Below are positions 54,129 through 63,390 of a DNA stretch of 64,000 nt, piece after piece (within the stretch, counting starts at the first letter, position 1; each line of letters begins with the position of its first letter). The DNA is from an uncultured Chloroflexia bacterium. Lineage in GTDB: Bacteria > Chloroflexota > Limnocylindria > QHBO01. Where the stretch lies: positions 259,277 through 323,276 of the forward strand of contig CAWBKO010000009.1 in assembly GCA_963789435.1 (NCBI GenBank). Direction: 5' to 3'. Position numbers and translations under genes: made by a program. The notes beneath the pieces are model-generated. The model was given only the letters and a program-made list of their open reading frames with translations, did no database searches and was not told the origin of the DNA.

Positions 54129-55135
54129 CGCGCGCCGCCGTCGCCTTCCCGGCGCGAGGCTCGTATGGGCCGCGCCTCGCTCCGCTCGCTGCCGCGCGCA
54201 CATCCATGGGTGCGCCGCGCCGATCAGCTGCGTCGCGACGTACGACCTTCCGGCGCTCTCCGACGCTCGACGGAGCGGCGCGGTTCGACCCGGCCGTCCA
54301 TCTCCGCTCGGCCAATGCGTCTCCGCTCACCTTCCTGTCCGGCCTGCTCGACGCGGAGCGGATCGCGCGGCGACCACGAAGTCGTGGTGGTGGTGGCCAG
54401 CTCGACCGGCTGGTACACGGCGCTCGCCGCCTCCGGCGCCCTCGAGTTCGACGACGCGTTTCGGCTGGTCCAGACGATGGCGCTCCTCGCCGAGGAGCCG
54501 ATCGCGAAGCGACGACCCCGGTGGCCAGCTCATCTATGCGTTGACCGACGCGGAATGGCGGCCCGATCCGGACCGCACGTCCGCGCTCGAGGCCGTGCTG
54601 GCCCGCCAGACCGATGGCGTGCACCGCTCGCTCGAGCTCGGCGCGTTCAGCATCCTGAGCGGCACCGGGGGCGGGATCGCAGGGGTCGCGGCGGATCTGC
54701 CGGCGGTCGAGATCGGTTCGCGGCGCTTCCCGTTCCGCGCCGCCATGCAGGAGGCGTGGCACATCCCGCTCCGTGCCGAGGCTGCGGACCGCGCCGCGCG
54801 AGCGCCTGGCGGACCTCACCTGGTCGGCGCCGAACGTGACCCTGGTCGACGGACGCGGCGTCCGCTTCACGCCATGGTCGACCGATCCGGCGGAGCTGGC
54901 GAACCACACCATCCGCGAGCAGCCGATCATCACCTACGACTTCGCGCGCAGCCTTCGGGTCGCGCTCCGCGAATACGCGCCCGACGTCATCCTGCTGCCA
55001 GGCCCGGGAGCAAGCCTCGGCGAGGTCTGCGCCCAGCTCATCGTGGCCGAAGGCTACCGCGGGATCCGAACTCGCGCCGAGCTCGAGGAGGCCCAGTCCG
55101 GTGCGACACCGATCCTGCTCTCGATGCGCCGATGA
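54125..55135 (+). pseudogene. FabD-like (malonyl-CoA:ACP transacylase superfamily) acyltransferase; six consecutive +1 frame breaks
   Basis: GTG overlaps the E1 stop (GTGA). AVAFPARGSYGP / HPWVRRADQLR / YDLPALSD / DGAARFDPAVHLRSANASPLTFLSGLLDAERIA / HEVVVVVASSTGWYTALAASGALEFDDAFRLV (nucleophile elbow) / GGQLIYALTDAEW.. / ..ITYDFARSLRVAL. Confidence 0.6.
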
Positions 55136-56025
55136 TGGAGCGCAGCATCACGCTGCGCGGCCCGCTCGATCTCGGTCGAACCCTGTCGCCGCTGCGTCAC
55201 GGGCTCGGTGACCGGACGGTGCGCCTGCTCCGCGACGAGGCCTGGCTGGCTGCGCGCACGCCGGACGGCGCGGGCGCGGTTCGGCGTGCGGCTACGCGGC
55301 TCGACGGTCGAGGCCCAGGCGTGGGGAGACGGCGCGCGGCGCCTGCTCGACGAGGTTCCCGCCCTGATCGGCGAGGACGATGAGCCGGAGCGGCTGATGG
55401 CTCACCACCCGATCGTGCGCGAGCTCCAGCGTCGGCACGCCGGCCTCCGGCTTCCGCGCACCCGTCGCGTGCTCCAGGCGCTGGTGCCGTCGGTGTTCGA
55501 GCAGAAGATCACCGGCACCGAGGCCTTCCGCGCCTACGCCGCGTTGCTTCGGACGCACGGCGAGCCGGCCCCCGGGCCCGGCGGCCTGCTCCTGCCGCCG
55601 GATCCCGCCGACGGCTCGCGAGCCTGCCCTATCACGCGTATCACCCGATCGGCCTCGAACGTCGCCGGGCCGAGGTGCTGCGCCGGGCTGCCGCACGGGC
55701 GGCCTGGCTGGAGTCGTCCGCGACGGCTGCCGAGGCCACGCTCCGCCTCACGTCTCTCGTCGGCATCGGGCCGTGGACGGCGGCCGAGGTCGTGCGCATT
55801 GCCTTCGGCGACCCCGATGCCGTCAGCGTCGGCGACTACCACCTCCCGAGCGTGGTCGCGTGGGCGCTCGCCGGCGAGCCACGGGCCGACGACGCCCGCA
55901 TGCTCGAGCTGCTCGAGCCGTACCGCGGCCAGCGCGGTCGCGTGCAGCGGCTGCTGGAGGTCGGCCGAGTGATGCCTCCGCGCTACGGGCCGCGGACCGC
56001 GCCGCGCCGGATCGCCGCCATCTGA
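55132..56025 (+). pseudogene. HhH-GPD superfamily DNA glycosylase (AlkA-like); two frame breaks (near 55290, 55615)
   Basis: ATGA overlap with the upstream gene. VLQALVPSVFEQKITGTEAFRAY.. / LTSLVGIGPWTAAEVVRIAFGDPDAVSVGDYHL (HhH-GPD with catalytic Asp). Confidence 0.7.
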
Positions 56026-57254
56026 TGCGGATCGCCCTGGCCACGGTCGGGACGATCGGCGACGTCGTGCCCTTCGCCACGCTCGCCCGCGCCCTCGTCG
56101 AACGCGGCCACGAGGTGACCGCCGTCACCTGGCCCGTGCACGCGGCGGCGCTCGCCCAGCCGGGAGTCCGCGTCGAGGTCGCCGGCCCGCATGCCGATCC
56201 GGCGCGCATCGACGAGGTCGCGGCACGAGCGGCCGGCCGAGGGCCGATGGAGCAGGTCGCCATCCTGCGCGACTTCCATCTCGAGGATGGCGCCGCCCAC
56301 CTCCGGCGACTGCGCGAGCTGCTGCCCGGCCACGACATCGTCCTCCTTCACGGTATCCACGCCCTGGCGCACGCCGCCGTTCTGGACGCCGGCCTGCGAT
56401 GGGCGACCGCCGTGTTCGACCCGGTCCTCCTGCCGACGAGCAGCGCGCCGCCGGCCGGCATGCCGAACCTCGGCCCATTCAACCGGGTCGCGTGGTGGGT
56501 CCTCGACCGTGCGCTGTCGCGCACCGCGCCGGCCGCTGGATGATCTGCTCGCTCGCAGCGGTAGCGCGCAGCGCGGCCTGCCGCTGTTCCGGGCGCGATC
56601 GCCGCTCCTGCACCTGGTCGGATGCTCGCCGTCGCTCATCGTCGGTCCCGCCGGATCTGTCGTCCGGGACGAAGGTGACCGGCAGGTGGTTCGACCGATC
56701 GCCGCCCGATGGCGCTCCCTGACGACGTCGAGGCCTTCCTGGCCGATGGAGCGGCCCCGATCGCGGTCTCCTTCGGCTCCATGCGCGGCATTCCGCCCGC
56801 TGAGCTGCGCGGCGCGGTGGACCGGCTGCTTGCTGCCGGGCGCCGGGTCGTCGTGCAGGGCCCACTCGAGGTCGCCGACGCGTCGCCGAGCCTGCTGCGG
56901 GTCGGGCGTGGTCGACCACCGCGCGCTCCTGCCCCGGGCCGCGCTGGCTGTCCACCACGGCGGCGCCGGCACGTCACACGCGGCGGTGGCCGCGGGCATT
57001 CCGTCGGTGGTCGTGCCTCACGTCGGCGACCAGGCCTACTGGGCCGATCGGCTGCGGCGGCTCGGCGTGGCACCCGGGCCAATCGCACTCGATCGGCTCG
57101 ATGCACAGTCGCTGGCCGAGGCGATGCTGGCTGCGGCCGCGGACCACTCCATGCGCGAGAACGCGAGGGGCCTCGCGGTCCGCATCGGCGCGGAGGATGG
57201 GATCGGCATCAGCCCTCGGCCTGCTGGAGGAGGCGGCCGCCGGAGCGAGCCTAG
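56025..57254 (+). pseudogene. family-1 (MGT/UDP-glycosyltransferase-like) glycosyltransferase; four to five frame breaks
   Basis: TGATG junction with the upstream gene. MRIALATVGTIGDVVPFATLARALVERGHEVT.. / ..LPDDVEAFLADGAAPIAVSFGSM.. / VVDHRALLPRAALAVHHGGAGTSHAAVAAGIPSVVVPHVGDQAYWA. The 3' end is uncertain. Confidence 0.7.
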
Positions 57255-57625
57255 GCGCCTTTCGGCTTCTTTGGCGCCTTGGGCGGGAGCGTGCGCACGT
57301 AGGCGGCTGCTCGCTCCACCCAGTGCCGCAGGGCTGCGACGTCCCCGGCCACCTCCGGTGGCAGCGCAACGTACTCGCGCATCGGGCGCCCGGGCATCGG
57401 CGCGAAGGGCGACCAGCCATCGGCGAGCCGCTCCTCGCGCTCGGCGTCGGGCAGCCGCACCATGACGTTCTCCTGGTGCAGGCCGGCGGTCAGGTTCCCG
57501 CCGACGAAGGCCGCCGGATAGCCGAACATCTTGCGGACCTCGACCCCCTCGATGCCCGCCACGGCCTCGTGGAAGCGCGCCACCAGGTCGTCCGGCGCCT
57601 TTCGCCACGGATCGCCGCTCGGCAC
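57251..57625 (-). CDS. TfoX N-terminal-domain protein
   Basis: Intact 124 aa. VEVRKMFGYPAAFVGGNLTAGLHQENVMVRL. Confidence 0.7.
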   Translation of the reverse strand: MPSGDPWRKAPDDLVARFHEAVAGIEGVEVRKMFGYPAAFVGGNLTAGLHQENVMVRLPDAEREERLADGWSPFAPMPGRPMREYVALPPEVAGDVAALRHWVERAAAYVRTLPPKAPKKPKGA

Positions 57626-57626
57626 C

Positions 57627-58040
57627 TCAGTCCCTCTCCCGCTTGCTCTGCGCCGTCACGCGGTGGATCTCCTCGGTGAGCCGGGTGTTCTCCCGCAGCA
57701 GCTCCTCGAGCAGCTGCGTCTCGCGGTAGTGATGATCGACCACCAGGTGCTGTCGCTCCTCGTACCGGTTCTGGCTGATCAGCACGAACGTGGACAGGAA
57801 GATCGCCTCGAGGCTGACGATCATGGTCAGCAGCCCGAACGGGAATGGATCGAAATGCAGGACCGACACGTTGAGCAGGATCCAGGCTCCGAACCAGATG
57901 ACGTGCAGCGCAACGAACCGCATCGAGCCCGAGAACGCGGTGATCGTGTCGGCAAGCCGAAGCGTGGCCGATGCAGCGCGTCGGGCGCTGTGCTCGGCAA
58001 GGGCCGGGGCTTCCGCAACGTGCGCATCGTGGGTGGTCAT
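57627..58040 (-). CDS. DUF1003 membrane protein
   Basis: Intact 137 aa. FSGSMRFVALHVIWFGAWILLN..FDPFPFGLLTMIVSLEAIFLSTFVLISQNR. Confidence 0.75.
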   Translation of the reverse strand: MTTHDAHVAEAPALAEHSARRAASATLRLADTITAFSGSMRFVALHVIWFGAWILLNVSVLHFDPFPFGLLTMIVSLEAIFLSTFVLISQNRYEERQHLVVDHHYRETQLLEELLRENTRLTEEIHRVTAQSKRERD

Positions 58041-58077
58041 GACGCTCCTCGGCTCGGACGTGGCCTGGGCGGACTGC

Positions 58078-58153
58078 TGGCGTCCCCGGCAGGATTCGAA
58101 CCTGCGACCTTCCGCTTAGAAGGCGGTTGCTCTGTCCACTGAGCTACGGGGAC
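58078..58153 (-). tRNA. tRNA-Arg (anticodon UCU), CCA encoded
   Basis: 76 nt: GTCCCCG/CGGGGAC acceptor stem, GCTC/GAGC D stem, anticodon loop CTTCTAA (U33, UCU at 34-36, A37), GCAGG-TTCGAAT-CCTGC T arm, G73, CCA. One A27-A43 mismatch. Confidence 0.9.
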
Positions 58154-58237
58154 CGCCGAGAGCATACCCATCGGCGCGGGACAACACCCGCCCACGTCCG
58201 GTTCGTTGGGCGGTCACCGGGTAAACTTCGGCTCGAC

Positions 58238-58564
58238 ATGTCGGACGAGTCGCTCATCACACCGGTCCAGCTCCAGCGCACCCAGATCGACGCCGATCAA
58301 GAGCTGCTGCGGGACGAGGATCTCCTCAACGAGGAGCATCTGCGGCGCATGGACCAGGTCCTCCTGCGCAGGAACCTCGACCATGCCCGGATGTTCAGCC
58401 GCAAGCTGAGCCTCGAGCTGCAGCAGTTCGTCCACCTCTACACCCCGGAGGCCAACGAGCTCCGGCGCCGGATCGAGAAGTACATGGTCATGGAACGCAT
58501 GATCGAGCGGGAGATGGCGCGCCGCCACACGCCTACTGACCATGGAGGAGCCCCGATCCGCTGA
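58238..58564 (+). CDS. hypothetical coiled-coil protein
   Basis: 108 aa, charged heptad-like sequence (QLQRTQIDADQELLRDEDLLNEEHLRRMDQVLL..). No recognisable family. Confidence 0.45.
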   Translation: MSDESLITPVQLQRTQIDADQELLRDEDLLNEEHLRRMDQVLLRRNLDHARMFSRKLSLELQQFVHLYTPEANELRRRIEKYMVMERMIEREMARRHTPTDHGGAPIR

Positions 58565-58607
58565 GCGCGGACCGGGGCTCATGACACTCCCAGGCGCCCG
58601 GACCTTG

Positions 58608-58934
58608 CTAGGCGACCGCCACGTGGGGTTCGAGACGGGAACTGGCGGTCTCTCGCTCCTCGGCGGCCGTCTCGATCACGGCGCGGACCCAACCGGCCAG
58701 ACGCGGCATCTCGAAGAGTGAGAAGGTGAGGCCCCGCGATGCCAGATCAGCGTGGTCCCAGCCATGGAACTCCCGGCGAGCGGCCACCCCACACATCTCG
58801 TCGTAGAGCTCGGGCCAGCCCACCCCGCGGCGGTGATGGCAGAAACGAATGAATGAGACCACGTCGGGGGGCGGTGGCTCCCCCGCCGGCCCGCGCCGCG
58901 TGGCGGCTTCGGGCAGAGACGGTCGCTGCGTCAT
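58608..58934 (-). CDS. hypothetical protein
   Basis: 108 aa. GGAGGG before the ATG. VVSFIRFCHHRRGVGWPELYDEMCGVAARREFHGWDHADLASRGLTFSL. No recognisable family. Confidence 0.45.
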   Translation of the reverse strand: MTQRPSLPEAATRRGPAGEPPPPDVVSFIRFCHHRRGVGWPELYDEMCGVAARREFHGWDHADLASRGLTFSLFEMPRLAGWVRAVIETAAEERETASSRLEPHVAVA

Positions 58935-59143
58935 GCGATGGCACCCTCCAGGGTTCCGGTGGTTGAGATGGATGATTCCCGAAACGGCCCTGAGCGACTG
59001 GATAAGGACCGGCGGCGATCGTAGGCCTGCCGGGCGGCGAACCGGAAGGGGTATGTCCACCAACTTCTCCACAACTTCGATTTGGCGCCCCTCGCTGGTG
59101 GAGATCTCGGCCCAAAGGCGCAGACGCCGCCAGCGGAGCAGGC

Positions 59144-60805
59144 TCACGCCGGGCGCCGGCCGGCCAGCGCCTCGGCCGCCATCGCACGGCAGTCGGCGAG
59201 CGTCACCGCGGCCAGGGCATCTCGGACGTCGGCGACGGCGGAGGCCGCCATCGACAGGCTCGTGACGCCAAGTCCGACGAGGACCTTCGCCAGCGCGGGC
59301 GAGGCGGCAGCCTCCCCGCAGACCCCAACCGACTTGTCCGCCGCGTTCCCGGCCTCGGCCGTCATCCGGATCAGGTCGAGCAGCGCAGGCTGCCACGGGT
59401 CGAGCAGATCCGCCAGCTCGCCGGCCATGCGGTCCGCCGCGAGGGTGTACTGCGCGAGGTCGTTGGTCCCGATGCTCAGGAAGTCGGCGTGCTCGAGGAG
59501 CTCCGACGCTCGAAGAGCCGCGGCCGGGATCTCGACCATGGCTCCGGCGATCGGAAGTCCGTGCTCGCGCGCGAGGTCGGTGAACCATTTCGTCTCGGCG
59601 GCGGTGGCGATCATGGGCGCCATGACCCAGACGACGGCGCCGGTCGCCTGCTGCGCCAGGGCCAACGCGGCGAGCTGATCGACAAGCACCTGCGGCGCCC
59701 GGCGCGCGGTTCGGAGGCCACGGACCCCGAGCGCCGGGTTTGGTTCGCCCTCCTGGTTCAGGAAGGGCAGCGGCTTGTCGGCCCCGGCGTCGAGCGTCCG
59801 GACGACGACCTTCCGCCCGGCCATCGCCTCGAACACGGCGGTGTACATGGCGACCTGCTCCGCCACTGACGGCGCATCCTGCCGGTCCAGGTAGAGGAAC
59901 TCGGTGCGGAACAGGCCGACGCCCTCGGCATCGACCTTCGCGACCTCGGACGCTCCTGCGGCGTCCCCGATGTTGACGAGCAAAGCAACCGCATGTCCGT
60001 CCGCCGTCCGTCCCGGCCCGCGGCTGGCCGCTCGCGCGGCACGACGCTCGGCCTCGCGGTGGTTGGTCTCCGTGGCCTCGTCCGGCGTGACCCCGACGCG
60101 GACCCGCCCGGTCTCGCCGTCAACCTCGACCAGCTCGCCGTCGCGCAGGTTCGCGGCATCGGCGCAGGCGACGACGGCCGGAAGTCCAAGACCCCGCGCA
60201 AGGATCGCCGTGTGGCTGGTCGGCCCGCCCCTGACCGTGACGAGCGCGAGCACCTGCTCCGGGTTCAGCGTCACCGTGTCGGCCGGCGCCAGGTCGTCCG
60301 CCACAAGGACGAAGGGGGCATCGCGCTCGGGCAGCCCGGGCATCGGTTGCCCGAGCAGCCGGGCGACGGTCCGGTCGCGGACGTCGTCGAGGTCGCCGAC
60401 TCGCTCGGCCATATACCCACCGAGGTCGAGGAGCATGGCCCGGAAGCCGTGGATGGCGCGGTCCACCGCCCAGGCCGCGGGCTCGCCAGCGGCGGTTGCC
60501 GATCGGATCGCCTCCTCCAGCGAGGGGTCGCGAGCGATCATGGCTGTCGCCTCCATGACCTCGGCGGCGCCGGGAATCGTCGTGGCGGCAGCTCGACGCT
60601 CCAGGTCCTCGGCGGTGAGGTTCAGGGCTGCCGTGGCGGCGTCCGCCTCAGCATCGGTATCGGTGACGCCTGGCGGATCCGCTGGTAGCTGTGGCCGCGG
60701 TGCCATGAGCGCGACCGGCCCCGCAGCGAAGCCGGGACAGACGCCGATGCCCTGCAACGGCTTCTGAGACGCCGTTGCGGACGCCGCCGGATCGGTGGTC
60801 GTCAT
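59144..60805 (-). CDS. ptsI: phosphoenolpyruvate-protein phosphotransferase (PTS enzyme I)
   Basis: Intact 553 aa. GGPTSHTAILARGLGLPAVV (phospho-His), GLFRTEFLY, SIGTNDLAQY, VGVCGEAA. Confidence 0.9.
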   Translation of the reverse strand: MTTTDPAASATASQKPLQGIGVCPGFAAGPVALMAPRPQLPADPPGVTDTDAEADAATAALNLTAEDLERRAAATTIPGAAEVMEATAMIARDPSLEEAIRSATAAGEPAAWAVDRAIHGFRAMLLDLGGYMAERVGDLDDVRDRTVARLLGQPMPGLPERDAPFVLVADDLAPADTVTLNPEQVLALVTVRGGPTSHTAILARGLGLPAVVACADAANLRDGELVEVDGETGRVRVGVTPDEATETNHREAERRAARAASRGPGRTADGHAVALLVNIGDAAGASEVAKVDAEGVGLFRTEFLYLDRQDAPSVAEQVAMYTAVFEAMAGRKVVVRTLDAGADKPLPFLNQEGEPNPALGVRGLRTARRAPQVLVDQLAALALAQQATGAVVWVMAPMIATAAETKWFTDLAREHGLPIAGAMVEIPAAALRASELLEHADFLSIGTNDLAQYTLAADRMAGELADLLDPWQPALLDLIRMTAEAGNAADKSVGVCGEAAASPALAKVLVGLGVTSLSMAASAVADVRDALAAVTLADCRAMAAEALAGRRPA

Positions 60806-60811
60806 GGAGCG

Positions 60812-61084
60812 CTAAGCCGGATCGTCGTGGTCTTCGACAACCACCCTTGCGACGGCCTCCAGGGCCTCGTCGGCGCCTTCGCCATCAGCCTCGAGGATCA
60901 CGGTGTCGCCGTTCTTCGCTCCGAGGGCCAGCACGCGCAGGATGCTCCGTGCGTCGACCGGCGCGCCGTCGCCCTTGCGGATCGTGATCTTCACCGGCTG
61001 CTCGGCCACCGCCTTCACGAATAGTGCCGCCGGTCGGGCGTGAAGACCGACCCGAGAACCGACGACGACCTCGCGCAGCGCCAT
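60812..61084 (-). CDS. ptsH: phosphocarrier protein HPr
   Basis: GGGAGAA Shine-Dalgarno. 90 aa. VGLHARPAALFV (His-15 site) and DARSILRVLALGA (Ser-46 region). Confidence 0.85.
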   Translation of the reverse strand: MALREVVVGSRVGLHARPAALFVKAVAEQPVKITIRKGDGAPVDARSILRVLALGAKNGDTVILEADGEGADEALEAVARVVVEDHDDPA

Positions 61085-61261
61085 GACGTTCTCCCGATGC
61101 GCAGAATCCGGCCGGCTGCGCCCAGTGGGGATCACTGTGTGCACCCCCCGCGCAGGCTTCAATGCTGCTTGGGGATACCGACGCTACACCGGCGGCCGGC
61201 TTGCATCAACCAGAGCCAGGTGCGACTGAGCCAGTCCGTCGATCTGTGCTCCATTCCCCGG

Positions 61262-61912
61262 CTAGAACCCGAGGACCTCGTCGACGAACACCACGGTGAT
61301 GCGGCCGGGTGCGATCTCGCGGTTGATGATCAGGATCTTGTTCACGCCGCTATGGATGCCATAGGCGGCCTGGGCGCGGGCGTCCTCGAGTGGGAACGCG
61401 TACTCCTCGATGCGACGCAGCCCTTCCTCGAGGTCGGACACGATCTTCTGGGTTCCCACCAGCAGGATGACACGTCCGGCACCCGCCGCATACGGCCCGA
61501 GCTGGCTGCCGCCCATCGACGCCGTGAGGAGCGATCCGGTCTCGGTGACGGCGTGGACGCTTCCGAGCATCACGTCAGGCGATGCGGAGAGGCGGCGGAT
61601 CTCATCGGCCTGGGTCGCGCGGTCCATGCTCCAGATCCGGGGGCGGATCGGCTCATAGCGACCGGACTGCTCGATCTCGGCCGTCACGCCGGCGACCTCG
61701 AGCGACTGCGAAGCTCCGTGATGCACCTCGGAGCCCTCGGGAATGAGACCCAGGATGAGCTGCCTGGCTTCCGCGACGTCGGCGGCGCGGAACACGGTGA
61801 TGCCATTGGATTCGAGGGCGGCTGCGGTCCGCTGCACGCGCTCGTCATCGGGCGTTGTTGCGAAACGGCGGGCGATCGACCGATCGAGGTCGGGGCGTAG
61901 TTCGGTAATCAT
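61262..61912 (-). CDS. LUD-domain protein (LutC/YkgG-like)
   Basis: 216 aa. GASQSLEVAGV..MLGSVHAVTETGSLLTASMGGSQL..RVILLVGTQKIV. Confidence 0.7.
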   Translation of the reverse strand: MITELRPDLDRSIARRFATTPDDERVQRTAAALESNGITVFRAADVAEARQLILGLIPEGSEVHHGASQSLEVAGVTAEIEQSGRYEPIRPRIWSMDRATQADEIRRLSASPDVMLGSVHAVTETGSLLTASMGGSQLGPYAAGAGRVILLVGTQKIVSDLEEGLRRIEEYAFPLEDARAQAAYGIHSGVNKILIINREIAPGRITVVFVDEVLGF

Positions 61913-61946
61913 CGAAGGTTCCTTCCGGGACTGCTGCGCTGCTATA

Positions 61947-61991
61947 CTTGCAACTGCAATTACCCTACGCCCAGTTGGTTGCAGATGCAAG
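61947..61991. promoter_or_regulatory. 13-bp inverted repeat (probable MarR operator) spanning the marR start
   Basis: CTTGCAACTGCAA (61947-61959) and TTGCAGATGCAAG (61979-61991) match 12/13 as reverse complements, with a 19-nt spacer, in an AT-enriched divergent intergenic region. Confidence 0.5.
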
Positions 61992-62485
61992 TACCCACGA
62001 AGACCGATGTCGCGGAGCTCCTGGAGCGCCTGGTGAAGGAAGAACTGCCGAACGCCAACGGGCGGGAGGCCTGGACCTCTCTGCTGCGGTCGCACGCGAC
62101 GCTGGTCCGCCGGCTCGAGACCGATCTCGAGCGGGAGACCGGCCTCGCCCTGGCCGACTTCGACGTGCTCGCCCAGCTTGCGCTCGCCGATGGCGAGTTG
62201 CGCATGTCGGAGCTCGCGGATCGTGCGCTCATCTCGCGGTCCGGCATGACGCGCCGTATCGCCCGGCTGGTCGACGAGGGCCTCGTACGACGCGCGAACG
62301 CCGCAGCGGACGCCCGCGGCGTCGTCGTGTCCCTGACCGATGCCGGCGTGTCTCGGCTGGCCGAGACGGCGCCGGTTCACGCGCGCGGCGTCACGCAGCT
62401 CTTCGTCACACAGCTCGACGATCAGGAGCTGGCAATGCTCAAGCGCGCCCTCGACAAGGTCACGGTCGACTGCACCTTCGGCTGA
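61985..62485 (+). CDS. MarR family transcriptional regulator
   Basis: LALADFDVLAQLALADGELRMSELADRALISRSGMTRRIARLVDEGLVRR..DARGVVVSLTDAG. Confidence 0.9.
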   Translation: MQVPTKTDVAELLERLVKEELPNANGREAWTSLLRSHATLVRRLETDLERETGLALADFDVLAQLALADGELRMSELADRALISRSGMTRRIARLVDEGLVRRANAAADARGVVVSLTDAGVSRLAETAPVHARGVTQLFVTQLDDQELAMLKRALDKVTVDCTFG

Positions 62486-62497
62486 GTCGCACCTTCG

Positions 62498-62821
62498 TCA
62501 GACGGCGACGCCGGCCGCAAGCAGCTGGTCGAGGCGCTCGAAGTCCTCGTCTCTGCCGCTGTCGAGGTCCAGCATCGCATCGCGGTCATCGACCGACGGG
62601 AAGACGGACAGGCCGTCGATGCGAGTTCGCCCATCTCCGATGTCGGTGAAGGTGAAGATCTCCAGGCTGGGGCGTTCGGGGGTCCCTTCGAACTCGAACG
62701 TCTGCACCAGGCGGATCGGAGCAGCGACTTCGTGGAACGTCCCGTGGAATGCCCACTCTCCACCGAGGCCGGCGACGACGTAGCTCCAGCTGCCGCCGGT
62801 TCGGGCATCCCAGGCGCGCAT
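62498..62821 (-). pseudogene. SRPBCC/AHSA1-family protein, 5'-truncated remnant (about 45 N-terminal residues missing)
   Basis: DARTGGSWSYVV..FHGTFHEVAAPIRLVQTFEFEG..RTRIDGLSVFPSVDDRDAML matches only the C-terminal two thirds of the fold. Similarity stops at about 62836. Confidence 0.6.
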
Positions 62822-62838
62822 CGTCAGCTGCGTGCCGC

Positions 62839-63215
62839 GCGGAGGTGGACGCCGTCGGGGATGAGTTCTTCGCGGTGTTCGAGTCCCCGTCGGCCGCGGC
62901 GCGCGCGGCGGTGGCCATCCAGCACCGGTTGCGCGTTGATCCTCCTGCGGCCGACAGGGCCGTCGCGGTCCGCATCGGGCTGCATCGCGGCACGCCGATC
63001 CGTACGGGCAGCGGGTACGTCGGGCTGGACGTCCACCGCGCCGCCCGCATCATGTCAGCAGCCAACGGTGGGCAGATCCTGGCCTCGGAGGAGGTGGCCA
63101 CCGCGGCCGGCTCGGACCCGTCATTGGAGATCGGAGTCCGGCGACTCGGACCGCACATGCTGCGCGGGCTCGAGGAGCCCATCGACGTCGCACTGCTCGA
63201 GGCTATGGATCTCGA
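62839..63215 (+). pseudogene. class III adenylate/guanylate cyclase catalytic domain, 5'-truncated remnant
   Basis: Frame 1, not in the ORF track: EVDAVGDEFFAVFESPSAAARAAVAIQHRL..VRIGLHRGTPIRTGSGYVGLDVHRAARIMSAANGGQILAS..RRLGPHMLRGLEEPIDV. The first metal-binding Asp segment is absent. Confidence 0.6.
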
Positions 63216-63390
63216 CAGCCCAGCTGTGCCGATCCGGCGCAGCCGGCCACTGCCCACCCATTCGAGCAAAGTCGCCGCTAGTCGCGATTGGCCGACGGCT
63301 GCAACTGGCTACGCCGATGGAAGCCTCCGCTGCGCACCTCACCCTGAGTTCGCTACGCTGGCGGACCTTGAGCCGATCGGAAGGGTGGCG

